From sequence record MK514281.1: 64,000 nucleotides of DNA; one strand, written 5' to 3'. Each line of letters opens with the position of its first letter. The stretch's first letter is position 1. The notes under the pieces are model-generated. The model was not told the DNA's origin, searched no databases, and saw only the letters and a program-made list of their open reading frames with translations. The position numbers and the translations under genes were made by a program. Positions 27,452 to 35,640 of this stretch are shown piece by piece.

Positions 27452-27991
27452 ATGTCTGACGTTATCGTTATTCCTCGTTTAAGTGTAGTAAAAGGCGGAT
27501 CGTATCAGCAGGTCAGTGGCGGTGTGTTGGCGCAGCTGCGACTTATCCTTGGGCCGGATATCCGCAACGTTGTGTTGCATGGTGCCCAGCGCAGTCATGC
27601 TAAGTTGTTAGTGGATGCCCTGCGGGCAGAGTACGAGCCCTTTGGTGTGACGCTGCAGTTCAATGCCAAGCCGCTGTATGACACGCTGGACATCAGCTGG
27701 CCAGACAGTGATGCGGTGACGATCCTAACCCTTCGCCCTGAAGAGTTTGATGTCGAAGCGCCGTTACGTCTGAGTCATGATACCCATATCGTGGTTATCA
27801 GCACCAAACCGATCCTGACCACCCAATTGCTCAATCTCTACGACCATGCCGTTATGAGCGGTGTGCACGTTACACTGTTCACCACTGGGTATGTTCCAGC
27901 CGGGATCGTGTTGCTTGAGCCGTTGGAAGGGTTTGTTTATCAGCCGATGATTGACAACGTTATCAAGACACGGGCGATGGCACACGTGTAA
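27452..27991 (+). CDS. Hypothetical protein
   Basis: AGGTGG RBS before ATG at 27452. Confidence 0.7.
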   Translation: MSDVIVIPRLSVVKGGSYQQVSGGVLAQLRLILGPDIRNVVLHGAQRSHAKLLVDALRAEYEPFGVTLQFNAKPLYDTLDISWPDSDAVTILTLRPEEFDVEAPLRLSHDTHIVVISTKPILTTQLLNLYDHAVMSGVHVTLFTTGYVPAGIVLLEPLEGFVYQPMIDNVIKTRAMAHV

Positions 27992-28084
27992 TTGGCGACA
28001 TAATCTGCTGTTTATATGTTAACCGGCCTCCTGGTTATTCCGGGAGGCTTTTATAGCAGCATTCATTTTTTATCGAGGTTGGGT

Positions 28085-28435
28085 ATGGTTGGTATTGGCT
28101 TATCTGTCTGCTTTCGTTTACGTGCAGAAGAAGTCGACCCTTTCTTGGTGGGGGTGTGTAATTACGATGTCCTGATCACCGAGGAACGGGTGCCCAGTTT
28201 ATTGAAAGAGCTGGAGGGGATGTATAAGCGGGTGATGTATCGTTACGATCATCAGTGTGATTTCAAACTGGAAGGTAACCTGCTGGAGATCGTGTTGCCG
28301 TTTCACCCTAACCCGTTCGAAGGAAAGCTCGCACCGGCAATCACCGTGCGCATCCCTAAAGATGTGAACTATGCGGTGAACGGTTGTATGAAAGAAACCC
28401 ATGAAGTGTTGTATCCGCTGACCAAAGCAGCTTAA
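28085..28435 (+). CDS. Hypothetical protein
   Basis: GAGG RBS before ATG at 28085. Confidence 0.65.
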   Translation: MVGIGLSVCFRLRAEEVDPFLVGVCNYDVLITEERVPSLLKELEGMYKRVMYRYDHQCDFKLEGNLLEIVLPFHPNPFEGKLAPAITVRIPKDVNYAVNGCMKETHEVLYPLTKAA

Positions 28436-28447
28436 AGAATTTATAAA

Positions 28448-28466
28448 CCTACATTACTCTCGTGAT
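28448..28466 (+). promoter_or_regulatory. Putative early promoter
   Basis: CCTACATTAC-TCTC-GTGAT. Confidence 0.7.
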
Positions 28467-28494
28467 GTAAGATAATTAACTAAGTGGGTGCATT

Positions 28495-29112
28495 ATGGCC
28501 TGGAATGGGTATGTCCTGGAATTCTTGGGCAATGACCTCGGGAAGTATTACCTAGGAATCAGTAACATCGATGCTAAGCAGCAAGATGAGTTGATGCTTG
28601 CAGCATTGCGTGCCGGTGGTCCTGCGCTACCAGTAGAAATCCAAACAGCCTATAAACAGATGGCTGAGAAAGAAGTCTTGCTGTTTACCCATGTTCCGTT
28701 TAATGCGGAGTATGCGGTTGTGGAAGCCTGGCAGAATGATCACATTCATGCACAGTCTCTGAAAGCACGTCGGTTTCGATTCCCGAGTCATCGACGAGAG
28801 ACACTGTTCCAATGTATCAATGCCGAACAGATTGTCAGTAAGATAAAGCAATTACGCAGTCGAGTGACCGTGCAAGCCGGTATCCGTTTTGATGGCTTTT
28901 ATCATCCACAACTGATGATGACTGACCAACAATGGGTGCAGGAGCTGGAGATGCTCAATCAACTGCAATCGCTTTATTATTATCTGGGCGATTTCATTGA
29001 GTTCTTTGATGAAGAGTTCAAGGAGTTCAAAGGCACCGAAAGTGTCAAGGCGTTACCGTACCGCAATCCGTATTTCATCAACTTAGGATTGCAGTTAAGT
29101 CAGATGTGTTAA
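28495..29112 (+). CDS. Hypothetical protein
   Basis: First ORF after an early promoter motif. Confidence 0.75.
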   Translation: MAWNGYVLEFLGNDLGKYYLGISNIDAKQQDELMLAALRAGGPALPVEIQTAYKQMAEKEVLLFTHVPFNAEYAVVEAWQNDHIHAQSLKARRFRFPSHRRETLFQCINAEQIVSKIKQLRSRVTVQAGIRFDGFYHPQLMMTDQQWVQELEMLNQLQSLYYYLGDFIEFFDEEFKEFKGTESVKALPYRNPYFINLGLQLSQMC

Positions 29113-29164
29113 CCCTCCTACCTTGGCCTATCATGGCCGCTTACTAAAGCAAAGAGAGATTACC

Positions 29165-29794
29165 ATGAATATCATCAACACTGTATGTGAACTGACCAAC
29201 ATCTCCATCGCCATCAGCATCACCCATGATGAGGAGGTGAACTCCACCCTGGTGGCATTGGATATCAACAATGTCCCGTTCTTCAGCTACCAGTGGGGTC
29301 AGGTAACCAAAGGTCAGCGTAAAGTCCAGCTGGGTGCTACAAGCCATGGCCTGAGTGCGTTGTATCTGCACCTGCATCACAATGTCATCGACAGCCATAA
29401 CACCGACATCGCCCAGTGTTATCTCACCAACCGGGATGAGATCTTAGCCGTCGTGCGAGACCTGGGTGTGATCTTCAATGGCACTGAGTGGATTGAGAAA
29501 CTCGATATCTCGCATTACCGTCTGGCAATCGAAGAGCAGTTCCCAGGGGAAACCAAAGCAGTGATGGTGCTGACCAGCAAGGGTGATGAACACCGTGCGG
29601 CGTACACTTTCACTGCTAACAATTTAGGTGACCTTATGGGGACCGGGATCAAGCGGGGTGAGACGGTGGTGCTAAGCGGACATAACAGCCGGTTTGTTCA
29701 CGACTACGCATCCACTGTAGTGCCGCCTCAGATCAGCGATGTTATCAGCAGTCATGCCGATACATTGAAAGCCCGTTTTCCGGCGTTAGTTTAA
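29165..29794 (+). CDS. Hypothetical protein
   Basis: AGAGAG RBS before ATG at 29165. Confidence 0.7.
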   Translation: MNIINTVCELTNISIAISITHDEEVNSTLVALDINNVPFFSYQWGQVTKGQRKVQLGATSHGLSALYLHLHHNVIDSHNTDIAQCYLTNRDEILAVVRDLGVIFNGTEWIEKLDISHYRLAIEEQFPGETKAVMVLTSKGDEHRAAYTFTANNLGDLMGTGIKRGETVVLSGHNSRFVHDYASTVVPPQISDVISSHADTLKARFPALV

Positions 29795-29827
29795 TCTCCC
29801 CTTTTCCTTCTATTTAGAGAAACCGTT

Positions 29828-31441
29828 ATGCACATTCAAGATATGACCTTCCGCATTCACACAACTATAAGTTCGCGTGACGATCTGGATAACGTTGTTC
29901 GCCTGGTCAATCAAAATGATGAGGTGATTATTGAACACGCACTTCATGACGCCATGCTGCCTGTCATTTATCAAAACGATAAACTGGCTGCTGCGTATTT
30001 GGCGGTGGTTTACATGTACACCCGCGACATGCCAGAAGGACAAGGTGCGGCAACGTATGACTTCCATCGTACGGCTGGCATTATCCTGGATCAGTTTGTA
30101 GAAGACAGTAACCTGGGTGAGTTCGAAGCAGATGACTGGGGTCAGATTGAAGTGATGGTACCCAACCTACCAGAAGGGGTGCGGGCCTTTGTACATACCA
30201 CCGATGGGTCTGATGTGAACATCCGTATCTATCGCCAAGACCGCGGTCTGGTGAATGAGCGTCTGTTTACCTACAGCGATGAAGAGACGGTTCCTTCTAT
30301 TGAAGAGATGCTTGCGCAGTGGGATGCTGATATTGTCCCTGCCGCAGATCCGGTACAGGAAAACGCAGCCAGCATCTCGTTTGGTGACGTCTCCTTTATT
30401 TACACCCTGGACATGAGCAAGGAAGGGCGCGAGCAACGTAAAGCTATCATGCAGGTGGTAATTGGTGATCGCCTGGTGGCACAACATAAAGTCCATGAGA
30501 ACACCCAACCGCTCATGTATTACATGATGGAAGTGTTCAACATGCTGGCGCTGCGCATGACCGTGGGTCCGGTAGAAGGCATTAACGCTCAAGACCGGGT
30601 AACCTTACTGACGGCTATCAGCGGGTTTGTGGGCGGGCATTTAGCGATGCCAGATCAGGTGCAGATCGCAGAAGGTATGCAGTACATGCACGAAGGTGCG
30701 ATCAGTGATGAGGTAACCTACATGGTTTCACATCAGTTGATTGCTGACAACCATCTGCGGGCGACCTACCAGTTCAATACCGTGGTCGATGAAACGATGC
30801 GTCGTTCAATCACCATGTGTGATGAAGTGAGCTACCTGGAAAACCCGATGAGTCCACAGGCGTTCTTCAATGCGTATCAGGCAGACCTCAGCCGTGAGCT
30901 GAAACTGTCTCGGATGTTTGACATCGCAATGATTGCGGCCATCGATCGCGGTCAGGGTCTCGGTAAAGATAACGAACTGCTGTATCGTATCAAAGAAGAC
31001 ATGAAGTACTTCAAAGAGATGACACTCCATTCACCGGTGATCATGGGACGGAAAACGTATGAGTCGTTACCGAATCCGTTGGTAGATCGCCTGAACATCG
31101 TTATCACTACCGCCCCGACCAACACCTATACCACCCGCTCAGGCGTGGTGTTCGTCAACAGCAAAGAAGAAGCCCTGCTGCACGCGAAGGGTTATCTGGC
31201 TGAACATGGCGGTGATAAGATCTGGATTATCGGGGGTGCGAGTATCTATGCTGCATTCCTGCCGGATGCCAAAGAGATCCACCTGACCACCATCGGTACT
31301 GAACGTGAAGATGCTGATACGTTCTTCCCGGAAGTTGATCTGCGTCAGTTTAACGCTGCACGTCAGTTTGAAGAAGACCAGGTGTTCGAGCGTGAAGGTG
31401 AAACCTTTGGCTACAACCGTGTCATCCTGACCCGTAAGTAA
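29828..31441 (+). CDS. Fusion: about 360-aa unknown N-terminal region plus C-terminal dihydrofolate reductase
   Basis: C-terminal IAAID..QGLGKDNELLYRIKEDMKYFK, VIMGRKTYESLP, WIIGGASIY and ADTFFP motifs; continuous frame. Confidence 0.9.
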   Translation: MHIQDMTFRIHTTISSRDDLDNVVRLVNQNDEVIIEHALHDAMLPVIYQNDKLAAAYLAVVYMYTRDMPEGQGAATYDFHRTAGIILDQFVEDSNLGEFEADDWGQIEVMVPNLPEGVRAFVHTTDGSDVNIRIYRQDRGLVNERLFTYSDEETVPSIEEMLAQWDADIVPAADPVQENAASISFGDVSFIYTLDMSKEGREQRKAIMQVVIGDRLVAQHKVHENTQPLMYYMMEVFNMLALRMTVGPVEGINAQDRVTLLTAISGFVGGHLAMPDQVQIAEGMQYMHEGAISDEVTYMVSHQLIADNHLRATYQFNTVVDETMRRSITMCDEVSYLENPMSPQAFFNAYQADLSRELKLSRMFDIAMIAAIDRGQGLGKDNELLYRIKEDMKYFKEMTLHSPVIMGRKTYESLPNPLVDRLNIVITTAPTNTYTTRSGVVFVNSKEEALLHAKGYLAEHGGDKIWIIGGASIYAAFLPDAKEIHLTTIGTEREDADTFFPEVDLRQFNAARQFEEDQVFEREGETFGYNRVILTRK

Positions 31442-31495
31442 TTTAACCCCCGGGGAGGCAACTCCCCATTCTTGTTTATAAAGGAAACATTTCTC

Positions 31496-32128
31496 ATGGC
31501 GATTGAAAAAGCAGCAGTACCGGCAAACGTAGTTGAAATCACTGGCAAGACCCTGGAACAAGCTCGTGGTGATATCCCGAACGCTATCATGTTACTGGAC
31601 AGCAATACGGTCGATGTGCGCTACACCCCGGCATTCAATAAACTGCCTGCTGATCTGCAACACGTCATCCTGGTTGCACAGACCGGTAACCCGGTGATCT
31701 CATTAGAGCGCCCACTGGATGCGACCGGAAAGGTTGATGCAACCAACCCGAACATGGTGATTGCCGCGGCAGTGCAGCAAGATGGCCAGCCACTGGGGAT
31801 CTATCATCCAGCCTTGATGGGTCGTCTGCGTCAGATTCCAAATGGCTATCTGCTTTATACCCACTATCACACTAACAGCAAAGCAGACTTCTCTTATCCG
31901 GCGTTTGAGAAAGCCTTGGCGGAATATTGCATGCTGGCGTTTGCGTTAGGTACGAAAGAGCAACCGGTGGTAATTAACATGCCCGGTCTGCAATGTGCCA
32001 ATAGCTTCGTCTGGGAAGAGGTCAACGGTGAACGTGTCCCAACACTGAGCCCGCGTCATCTTGAGCGTGTGAAAGAAGTGATTGCTAACACCATGTTCGC
32101 CGGGTCAACTGTTTATCTGGTGTTGTGA
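31496..32128 (+). CDS. Hypothetical protein, possibly a degenerate macro domain
   Basis: C-terminal Y.HY....FSYPAFEKAL...INMPGLQC...WEEV resembles Poa1p-type macro motifs; AAGGA RBS. Confidence 0.4.
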   Translation: MAIEKAAVPANVVEITGKTLEQARGDIPNAIMLLDSNTVDVRYTPAFNKLPADLQHVILVAQTGNPVISLERPLDATGKVDATNPNMVIAAAVQQDGQPLGIYHPALMGRLRQIPNGYLLYTHYHTNSKADFSYPAFEKALAEYCMLAFALGTKEQPVVINMPGLQCANSFVWEEVNGERVPTLSPRHLERVKEVIANTMFAGSTVYLVL

Positions 32129-32319
32129 TGAAAGCGTGTCCGCTCTGTGCTTCATCGGCTAAGACCTACAAATACGCGTTAGTGTTCTGGGGTGTGCGTT
32201 GTACCAGTTGCATGCTGTTCCTCAAAGATATGAACACCTCTGAGGCAGCGGCTATTCGTCAGTGGGATACACGCATTACCCCCGAAGAGAAAGCAGCAAA
32301 GAAACGCAAGAAAGCTTAA
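32125..32319 (+). CDS. Lar-family (restriction alleviation-like) zinc-finger protein
   Basis: CPLC...VRCTSC....EAAAIRQWDTR. Confidence 0.65.
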   Translation: MMKACPLCASSAKTYKYALVFWGVRCTSCMLFLKDMNTSEAAAIRQWDTRITPEEKAAKKRKKA

Positions 32320-32340
32320 CCCCTGGATAAAGGAGTCGTC

Positions 32341-32655
32341 GTGCTGAAAAGAACAGTACTGAGTTTGGTCACCTGCTTTATGCTATCGGGCTGCGGAATG
32401 GCAGAATCCGAAGATGTGCCGGTCAAATCGGTTGAGGGTGTTGTGATCAGCGATGAGGTCTGTCAAGTCGGTCAAAAGTGCGAGGCAGTGATTGCCCGCG
32501 ATCAAACCGCCTGGACATACCAGATTGCAGAAGGGCCTTTTAAGAAAGGCACGGTGCTTTATAAAGCGTGTGCATATCACCGTACACACGAGCGCTGCAG
32601 TTCGGTCTGGTCACCCACTCCCGATCGGTTTATTCCGCCGGAGTCAAAGAACTAA
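32341..32655 (+). CDS. Predicted lipoprotein
   Basis: Lipobox LSGC; AAGGAG RBS. Confidence 0.7.
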   Translation: MLKRTVLSLVTCFMLSGCGMAESEDVPVKSVEGVVISDEVCQVGQKCEAVIARDQTAWTYQIAEGPFKKGTVLYKACAYHRTHERCSSVWSPTPDRFIPPESKN

Positions 32656-32715
32656 GTTGTAACCACGGCGTGTCATGCGCCGTTTTAATTTAACCCTGCT
32701 GTAAGGTAATTCACC

Positions 32716-33804
32716 ATGAAAGACTCAGAACACCAAGATACTACAATTGATAATGTCTCTCAGTATGCGGGAGAACTGGCGGACCTGATTGAAGAGTTTG
32801 TGGCAGACCGATTTACCTTAATGGATGATGCTGTTCTTGAATCCCTTTATGCCGACTTACCGGATGTCACCTATTTGAAAGGTGTGGTGAAAGGCTTACG
32901 TCGAAACCTGATGCGACAGGCAGCATCGATCAATGTCGAAGACGCATACCCGAAAGTTATGATGTTTAAAGAACAACCGTTAACTGCGGAGAATGTCAGA
33001 GAGATTATCCAGACTGATTGTCCGGATTTGCCGGCGGATGAAGTTACACAAACCGTAACAGAAGTCATGCTGGCAACTGATGAAGACGACGATGACGATA
33101 ACAGCGAAGCGCTGCGTCTACGGGAAAGCAACAAACCCGAACATATCCCAAGCCTTGATGAACTGATGCAAGCGGAGGGGAAAGGTTGGGGTTCGGTGAG
33201 TGCGGTGACCACACCCCCGCCAGTCATTGAACCTGCTCGTCCTGCAAGACCCTCACGCGCTGAACGCTTTGGTACCTCAAACGTTGAGTTAGCTGAATTA
33301 CTGAGTCAGGCCAAGCCGGGCAGTGTGTTCTCTATTGACACCATTAAATCTGCAAAAGATAAAAACCTGGTGTTGGTGAAATCGCCCGAGACAAAACACT
33401 TTGAACCCCTGCGTCTGTTAGAGCGTTCTGATCCGCAATATTACCAATACATGTGGCCAGCATTATTCGAAGCCCTGGAGGCTGTGTTGAATGACACAAG
33501 CTTAACGGTGAATCGGATGCGTCGTCTGGATGAAGAGATGCTTGCACGCTTTGGTGATACCTTAGCTGCCGCGGTCACGACTATCCTGAGTATTGGTAAT
33601 CACGATCTGTTGATTAAAGAGAACGTCAACTATTTCATGCAGCAGTGTAATGACCGTGGACTGGATATCAAACTCTATATGGGTGCTAAGGTTTATAAGC
33701 AAGGTCGCTGGATTAACACCTGGATCGACGCAACATTACAAACCCCTAAAGGCAAGTTTATCTTTGGTACCCCGGAGGTGGATGTGGTATGGCAAGCGAA
33801 ATGA
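32716..33804 (+). CDS. Hypothetical acidic protein
   Basis: 362-aa ORF, AAGGT RBS. Confidence 0.75.
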   Translation: MKDSEHQDTTIDNVSQYAGELADLIEEFVADRFTLMDDAVLESLYADLPDVTYLKGVVKGLRRNLMRQAASINVEDAYPKVMMFKEQPLTAENVREIIQTDCPDLPADEVTQTVTEVMLATDEDDDDDNSEALRLRESNKPEHIPSLDELMQAEGKGWGSVSAVTTPPPVIEPARPARPSRAERFGTSNVELAELLSQAKPGSVFSIDTIKSAKDKNLVLVKSPETKHFEPLRLLERSDPQYYQYMWPALFEALEAVLNDTSLTVNRMRRLDEEMLARFGDTLAAAVTTILSIGNHDLLIKENVNYFMQQCNDRGLDIKLYMGAKVYKQGRWINTWIDATLQTPKGKFIFGTPEVDVVWQAK

Positions 33805-34106
33805 TTGAATGGGAAAAGCTCTTTAACTCGCTAAAGGCGATTGAACAAAGCGACCAGGTCTGTGATTTACCGACGCGCAATCTGTCGGTCATGATGGCAC
33901 AGCGGCGCCTCAAGGCTGGATTGCAACGCTCAGTGAAACGGGTGGACGCGATCATGAGCGCACAGGTACAAACCGACGAAGCGTACGATGAACTGATGCA
34001 TCGACTGCAAGTGCTGGCATTGCCTGTCACTGTGACGCGCTTTACCGGTGGGAAGTGGAATCATGGAGTGATCAGAACCAAGAAAGGTACGATCATGTAT
34101 GGTTAG
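33789..34106 (+). CDS. Hypothetical protein
   Basis: Overlaps both neighbours; true start may be 33801. Confidence 0.55.
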   Translation: MASEMIEWEKLFNSLKAIEQSDQVCDLPTRNLSVMMAQRRLKAGLQRSVKRVDAIMSAQVQTDEAYDELMHRLQVLALPVTVTRFTGGKWNHGVIRTKKGTIMYG

Positions 34107-34419
34107 AAATAACGTTGTCTCTATTTATAAACCGACGTTTCGTAAACGTCTCGCTGTCGACCCGATGGTAGTCATCACCGAGTTGCAGCATGTCTTTACA
34201 GTGATTGAACTGTGTAAAGCATCTAACAAATATGACCATCGTGTGTATGGTAAATTGCTGAAAGATGAGGTACAATTAGTTCGTGACTGTGCAGCGGTGC
34301 TTGTACGACATGTGCAGACACCATCCATCGTGCAGATGTTGCAAACCGCAATTACCCACGAGAAGCCGGTTGAGTTGATTGCAGCCCGACACGGTGAGTT
34401 TTTACAATTGATAAATTAA
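34099..34419 (+). CDS. Hypothetical protein
   Basis: Overlapping ORF in an operon-like run. Confidence 0.6.
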   Translation: MVRNNVVSIYKPTFRKRLAVDPMVVITELQHVFTVIELCKASNKYDHRVYGKLLKDEVQLVRDCAAVLVRHVQTPSIVQMLQTAITHEKPVELIAARHGEFLQLIN

Positions 34420-34445
34420 CCCCTGAGTATAAGGAAAATAAAAAT

Positions 34446-34736
34446 ATGGCTAAGAAGATTACCGCAGCAGCTTTAGAGAAAGACATCTTTGATCACGAAG
34501 GCATCCGTGTCATCTTCCGTGTACCAACTGGTAAGCGCATTGCTGAACAGAAATACACTGAAGTCTTCACGAATCGTTCGCCAAAGAACTACACGTTAAA
34601 AACCTTACGCGAACGCATTGTCCGTGTGGTGGGTGAGAACATTGAGTTCTCCATCATCACAGGCGGCGGTGAGATCGCAAACGGCAATTACAAGATCGGT
34701 AACTTACGCACCACCTACGAAGTAATCGAAGAGTAA
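34446..34736 (+). CDS. Small conserved-type hypothetical protein
   Basis: AAGGA RBS; EGIRVIFR...RI...I.G.G...GNLRTTY pattern. Confidence 0.7.
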   Translation: MAKKITAAALEKDIFDHEGIRVIFRVPTGKRIAEQKYTEVFTNRSPKNYTLKTLRERIVRVVGENIEFSIITGGGEIANGNYKIGNLRTTYEVIEE

Positions 34737-34741
34737 TAGAC

Positions 34742-34782
34742 GGCATAAGAGGAGGAGCAAACGCTCCTCCTCTGTTTATGCT
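34742..34782. terminator. Bidirectional terminator with the TTATGC motif on both strands
   Basis: GGCATAA-GAGGAGGAGC-AAAC-GCTCCTCCTC-TGTTTATGCT between convergent genes. Confidence 0.88.
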
Positions 34783-34791
34783 GCTTTTTTT

Positions 34792-35631
34792 TTATCCTGC
34801 GACCACAGTCTGGTCGGCAGTTAATGCAGAAGGGAAGCTTCGACCTTTACCCCAGATGATACGAATCCCGCCTGTACCTGGCGTGTAACCAGAACCCATC
34901 CCGGCACCACCACCGTATCGTCCACCGGTGCCGCCATTTGCGGCAGTGCCTGCAGACCCGGCTTTACCAAACTGCGTAATTGTACCGCCTGCTCCGGACG
35001 TGCTACCGATTGAGATATCCCCACTGGCACCTTCACCGTAGAGGCCAACACCCCCACCACCGGCGCCATAACGGTTACCGTTATAAGACCAACCAGCACC
35101 CCCACCACCGCCACCTCCTTTACCGGCCTGACCGTCCACTGTAGGACAGCCACCCATTCCGCCATCACCGGAGTAACCACCCGCGCCACCGCCACCGTTA
35201 TTGGTGCCGGCAGTCTGTCCACCCAACCCACCGTTTCCACCACCGAGAAGAGGTAGACTAATGGGGGTACTGGTGCTGGTCGAATCACCACCCCTGGCTA
35301 GCAACAAGACCGTATTGCCCCTTAAGAGTTTACTGTCGTTGCCGGTCATGTCACCAACGACCAGGGTCAGAACTTCACCCGGGGTCACTTTCAAACGGTT
35401 GACATAACGTAGATCACCACCACGCGCACCGATATGAGGTGTACCGGTAAGTCCTTTGCCACCCGAGCCGACAGCCACAGCACAGATATCAAACACACCG
35501 GCAGGTACCGTCCAAGAGGTGGTTCCGCTGGTTGCAAATATCTGCTGACCTACCGCAGTGGTGTCACTATCCGGTAACGGACCTCCCCCGGATACTGGTC
35601 GGTAACTTGAGTTCAGTAACAGTTCAAACAC
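34792..35631 (-). CDS. Glycine-rich virion fibre/decoration protein (MFELL family)
   Basis: GTG start after GGAG; WTVPAGV..GGDLRY..TPGEVL ... GGIRIIWGKGRSFP; paralog of 21935-22717. Confidence 0.78.
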   Translation of the reverse strand: MFELLLNSSYRPVSGGGPLPDSDTTAVGQQIFATSGTTSWTVPAGVFDICAVAVGSGGKGLTGTPHIGARGGDLRYVNRLKVTPGEVLTLVVGDMTGNDSKLLRGNTVLLLARGGDSTSTSTPISLPLLGGGNGGLGGQTAGTNNGGGGAGGYSGDGGMGGCPTVDGQAGKGGGGGGGAGWSYNGNRYGAGGGGVGLYGEGASGDISIGSTSGAGGTITQFGKAGSAGTAANGGTGGRYGGGAGMGSGYTPGTGGIRIIWGKGRSFPSALTADQTVVAG

Positions 35632-35640
35632 GGTAACTCC

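Noticed and set aside
27452-27991. Histidine-phosphatase-like fold guess
   Set aside because: The RHG catalytic motif is absent and the resemblance is too weak to call.
34446-34736. Possible ubiquitin-like (beta-grasp) fold
   Set aside because: Only a vague secondary-structure impression, with no C-terminal GG; left as hypothetical until a structure search is run.
21935-35631. GGC/GGT runs as a tandem repeat, CRISPR array or DGR template/variable pair
   Set aside because: They are Gly codons in paralogous genes. Similarity is at protein level, with no spacer-repeat periodicity and no reverse transcriptase in the window.
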